The notes below the pieces were generated by a model that saw only the letters and a program-made list of their open reading frames with translations, was not told where the DNA came from and searched no databases. The position numbers and the translations under genes are program-made. From positions 18,104,001 to 18,168,000 of the forward strand of contig CM022678.1 of assembly GCA_012295275.1 (NCBI GenBank): a stretch of 64,000 bases of DNA, in the 5' to 3' direction. This stretch comes from Chrysomallon squamiferum. Taxonomy: Eukaryota > Animalia > Mollusca. Shown one piece after another: positions 13,387-26,734 of this stretch (within the stretch, counting starts at the first letter, position 1; every line of letters starts with the position of its first letter).

Positions 13387-16120
13387 TCATACTAATGAAG
13401 TAATTAAGCATATAAAGTAATGTTTCACTTCTTCTCATTTATTATTTAAACAGTTAATTCATTCCTTGACCTTGTATCAAATATATCCATTATCTTTCTC
13501 TCCATGATTTTTCAAGTAATATTAATTTGATCATTAAAATAATAATAATACGAAGAGACAGTCCTGAGAGTTGAACCTGCAAACTTTCACAGCTCAAGTG
13601 ATATCTACATCCCACTATCAGAACAATGTACAAGATGTTGACTATAGTAAAAACTGTAACATTCTCTTACACTAATTGTGTTTCACTGACTGTATTAAAA
13701 ACTAACCTTTTAGTTGTGTTATATTGACTACACTGAAACATTATGTCAAAATATCATCTTGTGTTGCAAAGACAATATTAGAACTACAACACTATGTTAT
13801 ACTGACTATACTATAAACTATAACACTGTGTTATATTGACTATAATGAAAGATGTAACATGTTATATTGACAATATTAAAAACTATAACACTGTGTTATA
13901 CTGACTATATTAAAAACTAAAACCTCTGTGTTATACTGACTACATTAAAAGCTGTAATACAACTCAAACACCCCCTCCCATTACTAGCAAGACGAAGCCT
14001 GTTGTAATTCTCTAACTAAAATACTGCCATAAGCTAGTTTAAGTATCTGCATCAATACTTTTTTTTAATGGACTAGATGATTTATTTCCTAACCCAACCA
14101 GGGTCTCAAGATTATTAAAAAAAAAAATTTCAAAATAATTTTTGCCACTGGAAGACAACCATAAAGATTCCACTCTTACGAGATAACTAGCAGCCCATGG
14201 AATAGATTTGAATGAGTTTCATTTCTAACATGATTATGGAAGAAATACATGACTAACACAATGTAGGGTTCATTAAATATTAAAATGTCTTGAATATTCA
14301 TTGATTAAAGAGACATCAAACTGAACACATGTCTGAGGAAGAGGAAACATAATTACTATTTCAGTGTCGTATTGCATTCTGAATAACTGATGGAGGTTGT
14401 TGATATGCTAATAACAGATGTAAAACAATGTTATGCTTGTCTTGAATAACAGAGATTAGCAAACAGAGAGAGAGAGAGAGAGGATAAATTAAAAAGAAAT
14501 AAAGATGTGAGGCAAAATACTAAACAGATATCAGAATCATGGTGGAAAAAGGAAACAAAAACCAAAAAAAAAAAAATGAAGTATAAAAAATATGTAGAAC
14601 AAATTCATTGAAAATTAATGAACAGAAAGAAAACAAAAAGGTTGAAAGAATGTTAAAATAAAAAAAAAAATGAGAAAAAAGCAAAGAAATGGATAAAGAA
14701 AAAAAAATCAAAGAGAAAGAAAGAAAGGATCAGTTATTGAAAAAATAAGTTAACACCAAGATTAAAGGAAATGAAGAGGAAATAAAAAAAGAACAGAAAA
14801 AATGGAAATCAAAGAGAAAGAAAGAATAAACCTACAAATATAGAAAAAAATGAAAACACTAAAAGGCTACAGATCTAAACTGGGAAACACAGTTCGATGG
14901 ATTTGCCTTAATTAATCGATACATTCTTCTGCAAACAAACAAACAAAAAAATGATTAATTAGTTCTGCCTATGGAAGAAAATCAAAATTGTACTTTCAGC
15001 AAAAACAATCCTGGCTAAAAGTTCAGCCAATTACTAGACAGAAATAAGACCTATTTTCAAACTCATTTTCCAGCTCCTAGCTCTATACAGTAACACAAAC
15101 AACTGGACATCTGCAGCAATTAGTTCTGTGAAGTTAATCACAAGTTTGTACGCACAACTAAAATGTATAAAGCATTCTTAAAATATCCTTTTTGTTAAAA
15201 AATAATAATAATAAAAACAAAAAATAAATAAATTAATTAATTAAAAATTTTAAATAAATAAATTAATTAATTAAAAATTTTAAATAAATAATAATAAAAA
15301 ATAATAATAAATTAATCCAAAAAGAGTTAAAACAACAACAAAATAATAAAATAATAAAGAGTAAAAAAAAACCCAACTCTACATGCTGTAAACTTACAAG
15401 GCATGTTTTATTTATTTACTTTTGCTGTCCAGTGTAAATTAATAAGGGTCTGAATTTCTCTGAAATGTTTGTAGTGATGTCTGAAAAAAACACAGCCATC
15501 ATCATCCAAACTAACTGTCGCAGGATTAAAATTCTTGTATCAAGGATCATCTTACTGTCATCCTTTGTTATGTGTGATGAAGGGTCAGCCAAAACATATG
15601 CAGGAATGTTGCAGTGAAAACACACACATGTACACACACAAGAAAGAAACTTTACTGTGAAAAACGTATATGAATTATTATTTTTTTATTTAATGATGCA
15701 TTCAACAAATGTTAGTCTATTGCTGTAGGCACAAACATGATTAAATACACACAGATAAGACAGAGAAAACACAGCTGCTACTTGATGAGTTATTCTTTTT
15801 TCTGTTGTTTTAGGTTTTTTTTTTATAATTACTGGAATGTATCTCATGTATACACCTCCATATTAATACATCACAGCCTTTGATGAAACATTCATGAAAC
15901 ATGTGGAATGTGAAATGAGAGAATAGCCATTCTAAATAAACACACCCACATACATGTACATATGCAGACACACACACACACACACACAGAGATAGGCATA
16001 CAGTTGCCTATGGGGCTATGGATTCTAAATATGGAGTATTAAAATTAATGATTATTAATAGAATTCAAAAATATATATTTTAATTTCTCACATACGTATC
16101 TGTAAACATGCACACAAAGT

Positions 16121-16154
<34 letters not shown>

Positions 16155-17069
16155 CATACTCAATGATTTAATATATATATATATATGTATATATTAAAAC
16201 ATTAATGAATATATATATATATATATATATATATTAAATCATTAAGTATGAATAAAGTATATATATATAATTTAACACACACACACGACAAACACATAAA
16301 ATCATTAACCATTAAATTACAAACTGATACACACAAGTGTATCAGAAAAAAAAAAACTACTGTACTTTACAAACTCCAGTCACTTTGTTCTGATAATCTG
16401 ATTACAGATGACGAGTACTGTGTACAGAGAAAACTGCTAAAGCTTTCGTTCAGTGTCAGGAATACTTATTATACAAACACCACAAGACGGTTGTGCCTTT
16501 TTCTTGTATTGATTTTCCTGACCTGATTCCCTACATAATTGATCTCGTCACAGAACATTCATCTTTTACCAGTGCTGTTTATTAATCTCGATTGCTCTAA
16601 CTAACTGAACGGCTGTCGATCAAGTTAATTGTGTGATTAGTTACCAACACACAAACATTCATGAGTTAGTCTGAACTCACACTTGTACATAAATACACAA
16701 TTGCTGTAACTTTTGGAAATAGTATATATAAAAAGATATAATAAAAAAACAAATTACCCCGACAAAGATAAAACAAATGAATGCTCTTTTAACACCCTCC
16801 CTACTCAAATGATTAACAATCTGTCTGTCTGTATCTATCTCTCTGTCTCTATGTATCAAACCCACTTCCAATTTATATTTTCTTTTCTTTTTCTAACAAA
16901 CATCTCTACACTGTAGTCCTAACTGCTGAACCAGATGTCATAGAACAATCATCTTTTACCAGTGATTAATCTTGACTGCAGTTTCTGCTCACTCATTTAC
17001 TCATGTGTAAGTATGTGTATCTGTCATGAACATGAATACAAAATTTTAAAAGACAAATAAATGGTATCA

Positions 17070-17131
<62 letters not shown>

Positions 17132-20100
17132 TACACATGCACTTTTAGCTGCCTCTTTGAACAACACAATCTATTTTTCTTCAGATATAATCATACACAT
17201 TTAATTCTTCAAGTTAATGTGTATTCTCTTTCCCTCTCTCTCTTCTAACACACACTTACATCTTTAGACTAGTCCTAATAAGTACCAAACCAGATGTTTT
17301 CATGCACAATAAAACATGAATTAAACAGAGAGAAAAAAAGACAAATCAATAATTTCTTAATCAGCAATTTATTGATGTTTACCACAGCCCTCCTTACTAT
17401 CACACAGAACTTATAAAACTTAGAAAGTAAGTGAAATGTGGACTTCTTATTACTTCAAGAAACAAGGAAGTGAAAATTATATTCTGGGTTTATCAACTAT
17501 TATCTGTAAAGTCTTAAGCTGATGAAATTTGAAAATTCTTAATATTTGAAAAAAAAAAAAAAAAAAAAATGTATTACTCAGTTTAATGTAAACACACAAA
17601 CACACATATAGTAATCTAATACATTTAGGGGATTTAATTTTTATTACTTTTTATTTTTTTATGAGTACATAAACAGGTTTTAAGTAATATGTTCACACAT
17701 GACATACAAATCTATTGCATATAAAAAGAGCAACAACAATATAAATAATAATAATATAATAATATATATATACAATTCTTTTTTTTTTTCTTTTTACACA
17801 CACACAAAGTGACTAACTCACATATATACAAGCTTGCAAACACACTAAAATAAGATATTCTACTTTATTTATCAAAGTATCTTAAACAGTTTTCCAGATA
17901 CAACTGAAACAGAATGTTTACTGTATTAAACATCCCAGTATTCAGTAAAAAATGGAACAAGACTTTTCAAAAGAAAGGCAAAAGACATGCTGTAACTTGC
18001 TTTTCTCTAAATATTTGTTTAAATTCGGTTTATGTACCTGTCTTTGTTTTGAAAAGAATCAAAAGATAAACAAACATGTGAGTCACAGAATTCTGGAAAT
18101 TTCCAATTTAATACATAAAAGATAAAAAAAAAAAAATAAATAAAATAAAATAAAATAAATAATAATAATAGAAAATAAATAAATAAAGATAATTCTAAAA
18201 TTATTAAAAATGTATTTAATTTCTGAATTAATCACAAGAAAGATGAAAATATATTTGTGTTAAGTTACTCTCTCTCTCTCTCTCACACACACACCATGTG
18301 AAAATGTTATTTATAATAATGACGGGTATTAAATATAAAATATTTTGATTTATAAACTTCTATTTTATATGGATTGGCTCGAAATTATTATTTTACAAAA
18401 TCAATTATTACAGTTGCCATGGTTACAGATGTATGCCGAGCTTTAAAAATGTCAAAAGAAAAATATTTTCTGTGCACATCATATTCAATGACTGAAATCA
18501 AGGTAGGTTTGATTCTATCACTGTAAAAGCTACCTAAATAAATAATTATAATCTGTTTCCAGAAAACACACTGTTATTTCCTTAACAATTATAATAAGAA
18601 TAATAATAATATTATTATTATTATTTTTTAAAAATTTACCGACATCATAAAATAACGTTAGTGTAACGTTGTTGGTAGATTATTTATTTACGTTTATATA
18701 TTTTGGTTTTTGGTTTTTTTTATGCTAATTACTATTTTTATACATATATATATATATTTTTTAAAGAAAGGTAATACTTAATAATTTTACATTAAATCAA
18801 ACTATTACAGAATATTAAACGTAACTGTGACTACCACTGCCAGTCATTGCATCGTTTATGGCGGGTTGATTTATTATCATTAATCCAAAACCTTACCTAT
18901 TAGTATTTTTCTTCTGTGGCTTCGCTTCATCGCTGCTTTTTGAACTGTGATCCATATTCTGTAATTTTATTTCATTTGACTCAAAGAAGTGGATAATATG
19001 AATTCAAGCCTATCTCCAAAAGAACGGACTTCACACTTCCATTCCATTATCGTTAGCAAACGATGGGCAAATATTTCCACATGATAATCGTGAAACAAAT
19101 AATATCAGTAATACTTCTAATAAATTTTGTTAGGAAAACAAAAACAAACTAAATATTTCAATTTTCACTTTGATAAATTTCATTTACGAACCGTCCAGTA
19201 AACATTCTAAATATCAAATGATAAAAGCCGATTCATTCAGAATCTCGGCTGGAAACTCCGGTTACACACAAGCCCCCGCGAAACATCGAAAGTAACGATT
19301 TCGGAAATGCGGAATAGGATTATAACAATTAGCATGAACCGAAGTTATTAGATTCATGTCACTTTAAAATGATTATTTTTATTATTAATAATAATCTGAA
19401 TATTTATCTATAAAATATTTTCAACTGTTTTATAGTAATGTTGTGTTTTGTGATTTTTGTCGTTTCATGTAGTAAAATAAATTACAAAATTGAATAAGAT
19501 AAGACTAACAAACCAAACGATAAAAACGTAATTCTGATAATTACATTATTACAATTTATTATATATTATGGAAGAAGGAATAAAATAAGAATCCAGCATA
19601 TTTACCGCAGAAAAAGGGGATATTATTAAAATAACAATAATAATAATAATAAAAAAAAAAAAAAAAAAAAAAAAGGGGAATAATTATTTTTTAATTTCAA
19701 AGGAGAATATTTATTGTTATGTGTTAACCAGTGTCGTATATGTTTACGTTTTCCCCAGGAAAAAATAAAAATAAATAAAATAAATTACATATATAATTAA
19801 AGAAGAAGAATAATAACAATAATAATAAATAATGCTTATTATCTGAAGATTATTCATAAAAAAAGAATCAGAAAAAAATATTATTCAATTTATTTTATGT
19901 TAGTGATATAGGATAAAATGGAGTTTATGTAAATTTAGAAGACTTGATATATATATAATATTAAAAAAATAATAATAATAATAAACAAAAAAAAAAAGAA
20001 TGAAAAAATTTCTTTGTACTAGGATAAAAGGATTTAGAAGACATATATATAATAGTAATAATAATAATTAAAATAATAATAAAATAAATTTAATAATAAT

Positions 20101-21523
20101 AAAGTATTTTCAAGAAGTAACAAACACACACACACACACACACAAAGAGGCTGGAATTAAAAAGGTCTATAAGTAGTTAACATCAAAATGTCTGTCATGG
20201 AAGCCAAACGTTATAATAAAGAAAATATGATAAATAATTAATTTAGTAAATGCAGAAGTAAACTGAAGGGAATGTACATGCAAAGAGACTGAAGATATGT
20301 CCCTAAACTGGAGATGCCTATAATACATTTTAGAGATTGCTAATACTTTTCATGACGTTTGGATTATGGCTGGCAAAAGGGAGGTAAATCTATATAAATT
20401 TGTGCTCTAAAAATATCAATAAAAATGATTAAAGTTTTTTTGTTTCTAATGAAAATAATTATTGGAAAAATAAGCAGGTACATAAATCTGTTTTGTTGTT
20501 GTTATATCTAATCATAAAACAAAAAAAAAAAAAGAAGATAAAAAATAAAAATGTAATAATAAGAAGAAAAAGAAGAAGAAGAAGAAAAAGAACAACAAAC
20601 ACAAGAAGAGAATAATAAAGAAAACAGTAAATAAATAAATTTAATAATAATAAGTAAAAAAAAATAAAAATAATAATAAATAAAAGAAAAATATTATAAA
20701 TAATAAATAAATAAAATAAAATAAAAAATAAAAAATCATTCCAAAATATGAAAAATAAAAAATAAAACAATAACAACAAAATATCTTTTGTACAAAAAAC
20801 ATCCATCATTTTAATTATACTTTTCAGAAAACAAAACATTTTGGTTTTAAAATCATTATTTAAATAAATCTATTGAAAAATAAGTATACTACAAGATAAC
20901 AAATAACTTATAAGTATTTAATAAAACTGAAATGTAAGTGTATACATTTCAAAATATCTTCTCACAACCTTGTAAAGTCATTAACTATATCACACATTGG
21001 TGGAAAATACAAATTATAACAACAACAACACAACAACAACAGCAGCAACAACAACTATCACAACAACGATAATAATGATTATAATAATGTTAATGATGAT
21101 AATATATAAAAAAAACACAAATAATAATATTAATTTATTTTAGAATTACTATTCAAAACCTACTGTGTTTCATCTTACATTTTTGGCAATCACTATTTCA
21201 GCATACATTGTATTGTAGTTTAATTGTATTTTGATTGTATTTAATTGTATTTGTAGTGTTGGTTTTGTACTCATCTATACAATAGTATACAATATTACAC
21301 AATATATATATATTCTTAGAAAAATTCAATAATTTAGAAAATGAAAACAGTTTATGTAAAAGTGAATTATTATTCCAAACAAACATATAAATAAATAATA
21401 ATGTTCACTTCTGCTTCTTCTTTCAATAGAGTTCTAATCCATGTTTCCAAAAATAAATGCTACATTTTGAAATAAGTTACTAATATCAAATTCAAAATAC
21501 AAACAATATGTTCATGGATAAAA

Positions 21524-21554
<31 letters not shown>

Positions 21555-23785
21555 ACAGTATAAATTTTTCACATTTCTGGTCATCACAGAGCTGCCATGC
21601 AAACTTTTTTTTTTATCATCCTTTATTATTGGTAAAGACTGGTCTTCATTAATAAACAAACAGAAAAAAAGCAAGAAAAAAAAAAAGTAATGATTGAAAA
21701 TCTCTCTGAGGTATACTAGTACATAAAATATATTTACAGTATTTGTTAGCATAACCACTGACACCTAAACTTTATTGTTAGCAATGGTTGCTCTCTGCTA
21801 ATTTTAAGTGTATATTAAAAATAAATAACAAAACAATCTCTTTGAGTTACACAAGTAAACAAAACAATATTTACAGTATTTGTAAGCATATCTGTAGACA
21901 CCTGTACTTTTTTGTTAGCAAAGGTTGTTCTTTACTAACTTTACTTGTGCATATTAACAAGAAAAATACAACAATCTCACTGGGATGTACTAATACATAA
22001 AATGTACTTATAATGTTTGCCAGCACAGCTAAAGACACTGAAACTTTATTGTTAACAAAGGTTGTGTTTGCTTAACACTTTTGTATATTAATAGAAACCA
22101 ACAACAAAGGAAAAAAAAGAAAAGAAAATAATATGATTTATTGGAAGAATATAAAATATGTCTGGACTATTGATCGAACCCAACACTAATGCTTTTAAAA
22201 AAAAGTTTAAAAAAAGAAGAAATTAAATATATTTAGACTGTTCAAATCATGACAGGTACTTTTTAAAGACAAACAAATATAGTAACAGTCAGAAATAGAG
22301 AAACTGTATTTAGACTGTTTATTCCTATCCAGCAGATCAGAGCCAGATTTAGACTCCATGTGGCCATAAACTGAGAAGGCCTTGTTTGGGAAATGTTAAT
22401 ACTGAATAAAGCTTTGTAAGAAATAAACTTTAATTAGAAAGCTCCTTAAATTGTGAGACATTAAGCAGAGGTATTTGTTGAGGCCCTCTTTGGGACAGTT
22501 AACAGTGAATAAGCCAGAGCAACCAATAAACTGAAATTAATTAGAGACCTTTAGACTGTGGGGCCCTCTTTGGGAAACATTAACAAAAGTACTGAGTAAA
22601 CTGAAATTAATTACTGTTTAGATTATATGGTCCAAAGATGTTGATTTTTCAGTTTATGTCAAAATTCAGCTTTAGAAACATTTTAAGGTAAAATAAAGTC
22701 TAACAATTTAAAACAACTGTATGAAAAGATACAGTGGGTTTAGGATATCAGCTTGTATCATGATATGAAATAAATAAAATCACATATAATAACAGTAAAT
22801 GTAGCTAGATTTTTTTTTCTTTCCAGGACCAGACACATGTTTCAACAAACAAACGTAACAACAACATTTTGACACATACAAATATTTTGTAGTCTGTTTG
22901 TTCAAACCACCCTATTTACGATTCAAAACGAAACAAATAAAACATTTACTCTGCAGAATACAAAATATATTTAGATTACTTACTCCTAAGTATACTTTAA
23001 TAAGAAATAAATTTAAAAAAAAGACCAAAAAAAAAAACCTTGAGTATTTTTTCAATCCACCATGGATACATTTAAAAAAAGAACAAATAAAACACTATGT
23101 TAGGCATAGATAAAAACCCTTTTATATACTCACACTTTAATATGATTATAAATTCAACAGACAACAAAATAAACAAAAAACAAACCTCATTCAAACTGCA
23201 GGCATATTTTAATAAGTATCAATCAATTGAAAGTATAAAAATAAATTTATGATATTTACTCATACCATTTTGCATAAGAATTAAATAAAAAAAACATTCT
23301 GAAATACTCAGCATCTTTTAGACTACATATTTATACAAACACAGGTGGATATTTTTATATTTCATGAAAAAAAAATCTTTCTAGTAACAGTTTTGAAATA
23401 TACACAGTATATTTAGACTCTTCAAACTAACATTATCAAAAGTAAATCATCATTTTAAAACCTACTAAATGCATTTTATGCTTTGCTGGCACCATTACAT
23501 GATGTTTTAATAATATCGAGAATAACAATTAAGTATTGTGTGTGTCTGTCTGTGTGTGTCTGTGTGTGTCTGTGCGTGTGTCACATACCATTTTTCATGA
23601 CAAAAAATTCACATTCCTGTTTTTCTCATCATTTTTTTTTTTTTTTTTTTTTATACTGGAAACTAAACACAACTCAATTCATCACAAAACCATAATAAAT
23701 TGGGCATCTAAATATGTATTTATATTCATTCAGAAAAATCAAAAATAACATGAAGTTGAGCACTACCAAATAATCACCTAGATAT

Positions 23786-23828
<43 letters not shown>

Positions 23829-24697
23829 CACAAACACTTTCATACTATAAATAACTGAATTTGATGTTCACTGTTTGATTAAAATAACATCAAAGTATTT
23901 GAAAATAAAGTTTTATGTACTGAGTGTATATAGATCTGTATGTATATATATATACACATATAAAACAGTGGGTAAGCAGACAGGTAAGTTATAAATACAG
24001 GAAGATATTTACCCTGCAGAGTAAGATGAGTCACTAATGCTAACTGAAATGGCGTCTGCAAAACTCTCTTGAAACGATTTGAACGTATCTGGAGAACCTG
24101 AGTTTTAAGTATGTAAAAATAAAAGAGATATCATTAAACACACAATATAAATAAATAAATAAATAAATATGTAAATAAATATATAAATATGTGAATAAAT
24201 ATCAATATATGTAATTACTTTATTAAATAAATAAACAGGATTTATGTGTTAACATGTAAATTAAAAAAAAAGAAACCTACATTATCATGTTAAATATCTA
24301 TCTCTTTCTGTCTCTGCCTCTCTCTCTCTCTTTTGCTCTCTCAATCTCCTTCATTCTTTCCCTCTCATTTTCTTTCTATTACTCTCTTTCTCTCTCTTGC
24401 TCTCTCAATCTCCTTCATTCTCTTTCCCTCTCATTTTCTTTCTATTACTCTCTCTCTTTTGCTCTCTCAATCTCCTTCATTCTATCTCTCTCATTGTCTT
24501 TCTGTTACTCTCTCTCTCTCTTTTGCTCTCTCAATCTCCTTCATTCTATCTCTCTCATTGTCTTTCTGTTACTCTCTCTCTCTCTCTTGCTCTCTCAATC
24601 TCCTTCATTCTATCCCTCTCATTGTCTTTCTATTACTCTCTCTCTATCTCTCTAATTTTCTGTTCACCCAAGTTAAACACACAATCATTCTCTTTCC

Positions 24698-24791
<94 letters not shown>

Positions 24792-25294
24792 TTTTCTATT
24801 TAAACATGTTTACACAAGTTAAACAAACACTCTAAACATCAATATAAATACGCACCAAACCGCTGTACCACACCCTCCTCATCATCATCGTCATCCTTGT
24901 CACAGTCATAAAACTCATCGTCCTCCGTGTCGTAGGTTCGCGACAGTCTGCGGGTGGATATAGATCGTTCCAGTTCGTGGTGCTCGGTCGCAAGAGCGTG
25001 AAGCGAGTCCTGTAAAACTCGACACTTTTCTCTCTCCTCCTTCAGCTCAAGTTCTCGAAGCTAGCAACAAAAATGGTTTCAATATCAGTTAAAAGTGTTT
25101 TAATATTAATGGTTGTGACATTATTTTTTGGCGGGGTTAATGGATGGTGTGAGTGAGGAAAGCTTCTAATAAAATTCCAAGGGTTACCCTCGTCACTGGT
25201 CTGTGCCTTCCCATAGACAGGAGATTATATTTGATTAACTAATTAACTTATTCTAAATTAATTAATTTAGTGTGTTAGTTTAATTTATTAATTA

Positions 25295-25383
<89 letters not shown>

Positions 25384-26693
25384 CGTTATTATTATTGTTA
25401 TTGTTATTACTACTATTGGGTTTCCTCATTCATACTTTTATCATTGCAAAACTGCAAGTAGCAGCAATTTTGATAAAGAAGACAACAACAACAACAACAA
25501 CAACAACAAAAATGATAACAGTCACTACCACAACCACAATAACAAAATAACATTAAAGATGCTGATGATAATATAAAAATGAAAATGATGATGATGATAA
25601 TAATAATAATAACAACTATAATGATAACATAACAATGACAATGTTAATAATGATAAAAAAAAATAATGATGATAATAGCAATAAAAATAACTATAACAAT
25701 AAAAATGTAAATACAATTAATCATTACCTCTTCCTGCTGTTGGAAGAGAATCATGCACTGATTCAGAGATTCGCAGACATCTTTTGATGATTCTAGCACA
25801 GATTCCAGTCCTTTCTGAATCAGGTTTGGCTTTGCTGAAAACCAAATATCCGAATTTTAATAATATATTTAAAAAAAAAAATTAATTTAATTATTAATTT
25901 TTCAATTGATATAATAAAATAAAATGTTTTAACTAAATACTTTATTGCATTGATATGGATATTAATCTCTCTTTCACTAAGAGGATAAATTATAGAACTG
26001 AATGTTTACCTGGACTAGCATCGTTTGACTGTTGCAAGGACTCAGATATTTTGGTTATTTTCTCTGTTAATAATTGTTGGTGTGCTTCTGCAGTCTGCGA
26101 CAAAACAAAAAATAAAAAAATAAAAAAATAAATACATAAAAGCAATCTAAGTCTTGGTAATTATTTCAACAAACATTTTTAAAAATCATTTGTTTGTGCA
26201 TATATATATGTGTCTGTGTGTGTGCGAAAATAAACAGATACATCCACATTCGTATACACTCAAATAAAAAATATGACCCTAAAAACATCCACAAAAAACT
26301 ATCTATAGAGCAATTTTTTTTTTAAATTAAGAATAAAAAAAAGGATCATAGAAAATATTGAAAAAAGTAAAAAAAAGAAAAAAGAAATGAACTCTAATGT
26401 AACTTACAAACTAAACAAATTTCCTACCTGTTATCTGACTATGTATGTATGTATGTATGTATGTATGTATGTATGTATGTATTATGTATGTATCTATATC
26501 TGTCTGTGTGATTGTGTGGGTTCACAAGTGTGTTCAGAGTTAATCTACCTTCAATGCATCATGCAATGTTCCTAATGAAACTTTATCAGAATCATATTCA
26601 CTGACAGCTTCACAGCTGTGGATGTAGTGGGTGCTGTACTCAATGTGTTCCTTCAGAGCATTCAACCATTTCTACAAAGAAAGCAAATAAACA

Positions 26694-26734
<41 letters not shown>

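Noticed and set aside
13555-13625. tRNA-like fragment (gagttgaacctgc...), similar one at about 11490-11540
   Set aside because: No complete cloverleaf; at most decayed SINE heads
24287-24822. Three overlapping Leu/Ser-rich ORFs
   Set aside because: Translations of the CT-rich minisatellite and (CT)n tract
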